Positions 60,548 to 64,000 of a stretch of 64,000 nucleotides of DNA are shown here, one piece after another. The DNA lies in NCBI GenBank assembly GCA_964019335.1, contig OZ025674.1, positions 558,001 through 622,000 of the forward strand. The letters run 5' to 3'. The stretch is from Diplonema japonicum. Its lineage: Eukaryota > Protista > Euglenozoa: Diplonemea. The position numbers and the translations under genes were made by a program. Numbering within the stretch: the stretch's first letter is position 1; each line of letters begins with the position of its first letter. The notes under the pieces were generated by a model. The model was not told the origin of the DNA. It searched no databases and was given only the letters and a program-made list of their open reading frames with translations.

Positions 60548-61759
60548 ATGGACAAGAGCACTGCTGCAATCAACCGCCATGCAGCCAGCATTGAGCGTGT
60601 CATCGCCGCCTTGCGGAGCACTCGCCTTGATGAAGTCAAGAAGGGAACCTTAGATACATGGGCGGATGAGCTGGAAACAGGTTTGAGTGGCATGCAGGAG
60701 CTGGTCCACAGGAGGGGACGATCCAGATATGTTTCGCATGCCCACCAGGATCACAACGTGTACGAGTCCGCTCCGGGGGTCTTAGCTGGCTCCCTGCATG
60801 TTATGTTGGAAGGCCTGGCACACAAGGTACGGGCGACGAGGGCGGGCTGTTATCTAGTGTCTCATGGTGTAGCACGTGCAGTGGGCATGGTAGGGACACT
60901 GCCGCAGGAGAGGAGTGCCGCTTCGGACGACGCATGGACTACTCATGTCATGGCATCAGGTATCGGGGTTAATGTCCACACAAAGGTCTCTATTGACAAC
61001 TCGTCCTCTTTGTCACGGGCCACAGCGAAGAATATGTTGTGCTTTCCACTGCCGTCGATAACGAACAGCACGTGCATAGGTGTCGTCCAGTTGTTTGACA
61101 AGGACGACGGGAAAGCCGTCTTTACGTCTTCCGACGAGTCCGCAGTGGCTGCTTCGCTTGATGTGCTGTCATACATGCTGCAGTTCTATCCTGTCACTCC
61201 ATTGCTATGGAAGTTTGACAGCAGAATCTTGCAGAAGGCGAGAAGGTTCACCCCTCCTGAACCGCCGTTGCAGTTTGGTGACAAGCCCCTGTATGACAAA
61301 CAGCTGGTCTACAGGACATCACAATCGAGCAAGTTGTTCATTAAAAAGCTCCGGCAATGTACAGCATCCCTTGACAATGGGGGTGCCGTTCCTGTGGACA
61401 AACAGTGCGACCTGTATGACGTTGAGGAATATGTTGAGAAGCTAGAGGACTGTTGGAAGAATGGCATTGACCTGAATGTAGAGTATCAGTGTAACGATGA
61501 GTACACGACACGTAAGACACGCGACCTTCGTGAGGAAGCAACAAAAAGAACGAAGCAGCTTACGGTAGCATACGAAAACCTCGAGGAAGTAGAAAAGAGG
61601 TGCGAGGAGTATAAGCTTTCTTATGAAGGCATTGTTTCGGATATACGAGATCTGACGGCAGAAGATCGACCAAAGACACGTTGTTTCCTGGCCCCCAGAC
61701 CCCCTCGGGGGTTAATCAGAAAAAGGAGTCGAGCCTTAGTAGGGCCGGTGCTAGCTTAG
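60548..61759 (+). CDS. GAF-domain protein with coiled-coil tail
   Basis: ATRAGCYLV..KNMLCFPL..CIGVVQLFDK..FTSSDE is a typical GAF signature. Confidence 0.75.
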   Translation: MDKSTAAINRHAASIERVIAALRSTRLDEVKKGTLDTWADELETGLSGMQELVHRRGRSRYVSHAHQDHNVYESAPGVLAGSLHVMLEGLAHKVRATRAGCYLVSHGVARAVGMVGTLPQERSAASDDAWTTHVMASGIGVNVHTKVSIDNSSSLSRATAKNMLCFPLPSITNSTCIGVVQLFDKDDGKAVFTSSDESAVAASLDVLSYMLQFYPVTPLLWKFDSRILQKARRFTPPEPPLQFGDKPLYDKQLVYRTSQSSKLFIKKLRQCTASLDNGGAVPVDKQCDLYDVEEYVEKLEDCWKNGIDLNVEYQCNDEYTTRKTRDLREEATKRTKQLTVAYENLEEVEKRCEEYKLSYEGIVSDIRDLTAEDRPKTRCFLAPRPPRGLIRKRSRALVGPVLA

Positions 61760-61806
61760 CCTTTTCTTTAAGCATTCACAGCAGCTTCTTCATTTCAGGA
61801 TATGAT

Positions 61807-63373
61807 ATGCTTGCGCCAATACGGGACGGACTGCAGGAGAGCGCAAAAGACATGCCGGGACTAAGGAACACGGTGCGGCTCACGCTGCCTGTCGGTCCAA
61901 AGCCAGGGAAGCCCAGCCTTGATTTAAGCACAACAGCAGGAAGTGAAAGGCTTAAAGCAGCAGCATTGAAACAAGTTTCAACGGCCACCCAGATGCGTGA
62001 GGAGTTCTGGAATGACAAGGTAAGCGAGGCGCTGAAGCACGAACAGGAGTGTGCTGTTGCAAAACAGGAATGGCTTCAACAAAACCATGAAACCAAGTTA
62101 AACCAAGTGAAACAGCAGAAAGCCCTCAGAAGTCATATTAAGGAGAAGAGTGCTTCTTGTTGGCACGAGCATGAGGCACACAGAGCACTTGTCAAGGAAT
62201 CAACAACTCGTTTCATCCATTCATGGCTTCGCAGGAAGGCAAACCAGCGACAAGAATATACCCAGCACTTGCACGATGCTAAAGAAGCAGAGATGGCGCA
62301 TCGGCTAACGATGGCATCGAAGAAGAAGCACCGTGTTGAAACACATGTGGTATGTTGGGTTTGAGTAGTTATGCAATGCAGAATGCACTGAATGACGAAA
62401 ATGCAAAACGCAATGCGAAGCTGAAAGAGTACTACGAGAAGTTCAACACCAAGATCATGAAGAGACACTCGGAAGAGGAGGAGCATAATGAGAAGCAGTT
62501 GCAGCAACATGCGGTATGTTTATTCGTTCTAGTGATTTTGTACACGATTTGTAGGCGAACTGCTCCATGATTCGGCAGAAGCACGATGCACAGCAGATAG
62601 AGGTAGATGAGATAGCTTCAAAGGTGAGGGCAACAACGCAAGAGATGTTGCAGAAGAGAAGCGATCGGGACGTACAGCGTAAAAAAGCAGAGCTGATTCA
62701 CTTACGAGACATGCAGAAACACGATTTGAGAAAAGCGGCTGTGCGGGAGTTCCCTCTGTTGTTTCAATGGCTATTGTCAACAGAAATCAATGAGCGAAGT
62801 AGAGTGTTAAAGCGAGAGGTCAAGGAGTTGCGAGGGCTCAAGGATGCACTGCGCAGTGCGTTTAGTTCCATCTGGAACAGGATGAAAGTTGATGTCGTGA
62901 CACGCGCAAGGAGGGGGCGGTCCCTGGAAGAGAAGACAAAACAACTTTTGCTCCAGCGTGTGGGTGATGAGCACAGGCTGAAAAGAGAGCAAGCTAAGAA
63001 GGCAAGGTTGGTGAAGGAAGCCGACCGGTTGCTGTTGAAGATAATCAAAAGGCAAGAGCATCAGCAAGATTTTTTCAAAAAGCAAAGTATGTATTGCAAT
63101 TGTTTTATTGTTTCACAGAAGCAGCAGCAGCGGAGAGACAGGATCTGCTCAGCAAGCACCGCGAACGTCACAAGCAGCGTTTACTGATAGTCGCACGGCA
63201 GCAGAAGCAAGAGCTCGAGGCACCTGCAGTGGACTGGGGTACCATATGCAGTGCAACGAAGGTGTCGCGCAATGATTCAATAGCGGAGTACGAGAGGTAT
63301 GTATGTGGAGTTTCATGTATACTCACCCAGTTTGCTGTCGTTATCGGGCTTAGATGCCCCTGCGTCTCTGTAG
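61807..63373 (+). CDS. Coiled-coil hypothetical protein, 4 introns
   Basis: Introns 62350-62381, 62514-62554, 63087-63118, 63297-63330. Confidence 0.65.
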
Positions 63374-63456
63374 CATGTGCACTTTTACAAGGGCATGTCT
63401 TACTTCACGTCCGTCATTCGTAATTCGGATTTTATTTTGTTTCAATTTACCCAGTT

Positions 63457-64000
63457 ATGATTAAAAAATGCGTCATATTGAGATGTAAGCCAGTGGTGCC
63501 GCTAGAATTGGTATTAGTAACAAAATGCATGCAATCTTACACAGGTAGCTGCCGAGCAGGACACATGGGATTTAGACGCCATAAGAAAAGAGGTGGTGCA
63601 GTCCACTGACTACGCATACAGCTCGACCCCTGCCGTTCTGGACATGATCAAGAAAAAGCGAGGAGAGATCACCTTCGCTAAAGAGTCGGATAATGGGATA
63701 AAGAGCCTCGTTGAGAAAGGAGATTTAGAAGAATTACAGAGAAGAAAGAAGTATTTGCGAAAGACAGGGAGGGGTATCTCTCTGGGGTGGCACACTGCAG
63801 AGCTGAGTATATTGAGAATGAAACCGCCAAGTGCGGAGCAAGAGAGAGACATACGGAACATCATGCAAGATGTGCGGTTTAGTTCTGTGAATGTGACGGA
63901 AGAGTACTGGAACGCAGTGCTTTGTGCCTTGGCCGTCTACGGTATGCCCAAGGTGTTGGAAGGTTTGGACGAGATGAGCCACAGCAGCGTCCCAGTGACG
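63457..64000 (+). CDS. PPR-like protein, 3'-partial, 1 intron
   Basis: MIKKCVILRCK.. | intron 63511-63544 | VAAEQDTWDL.., open to the window end. YWNAVLCALA..LDEM...VP is a PPR-type helix. Confidence 0.55.

Noticed and set aside
5143-63544. Micro-introns as an introner/transposon family, or Paramecium-like avoidance of stopless 3n introns
   Set aside because: Intron bodies share no evident sequence beyond the ends, and 6 of 14 3n introns are stopless, so no depletion can be claimed from this sample.
205-63982. Numerous minus-strand ORFs (e.g. 32592-33572, 3671-4357, 1028-1747)
   Set aside because: They are antisense shadows of + strand genes, Ser/Leu/Phe-rich, with no recognisable motifs.
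1-64000. CRISPR arrays, tRNA/rRNA genes, transposases or prokaryotic defence operons
   Set aside because: No repeat-spacer arrays, cloverleafs, rRNA or transposase/RT motifs were seen, and the sequence is eukaryotic.

Overview
Eukaryotic nuclear DNA, inferred to be euglenozoan and most like a diplonemid. About 29 protein genes lie head-to-tail on the + strand only, typically 50-150 nt apart, and most ATGs follow an A/C-rich ...ACAG that looks like a trans-splice acceptor. The ORF track is fragmented by about 53 hand-traced GT-AG micro-introns of 30-50 nt (donor mostly GTATG, about 75% phase 0). Recognisable genes include pescadillo/NOP7, BUD31, an ABHD13-like hydrolase, a bestrophin, a CE2-type SGNH esterase, a MAPK-like kinase, a histidine phosphatase, and PPR-like, GAS2, GAF, B-box/WW and coiled-coil proteins. 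The most striking items are three multidomain proteins: (1) a TatD + Mut7-C + CCCH + Nudix + TUTase-like fusion (1722-4874); (2) a globin + PH + CAP-Gly + AGC kinase that appears only after splicing five micro-introns (50306-52806); (3) a duplicated pseudo-ADP-ribosyltransferase with C2 and B-box domains (32635-38485). There is also a ~3200 aa surface protein and a GC-rich multi-hairpin island inside a low-complexity 1.8 kb gap. All domain and intron calls were made by eye, with no database search or RNA data.
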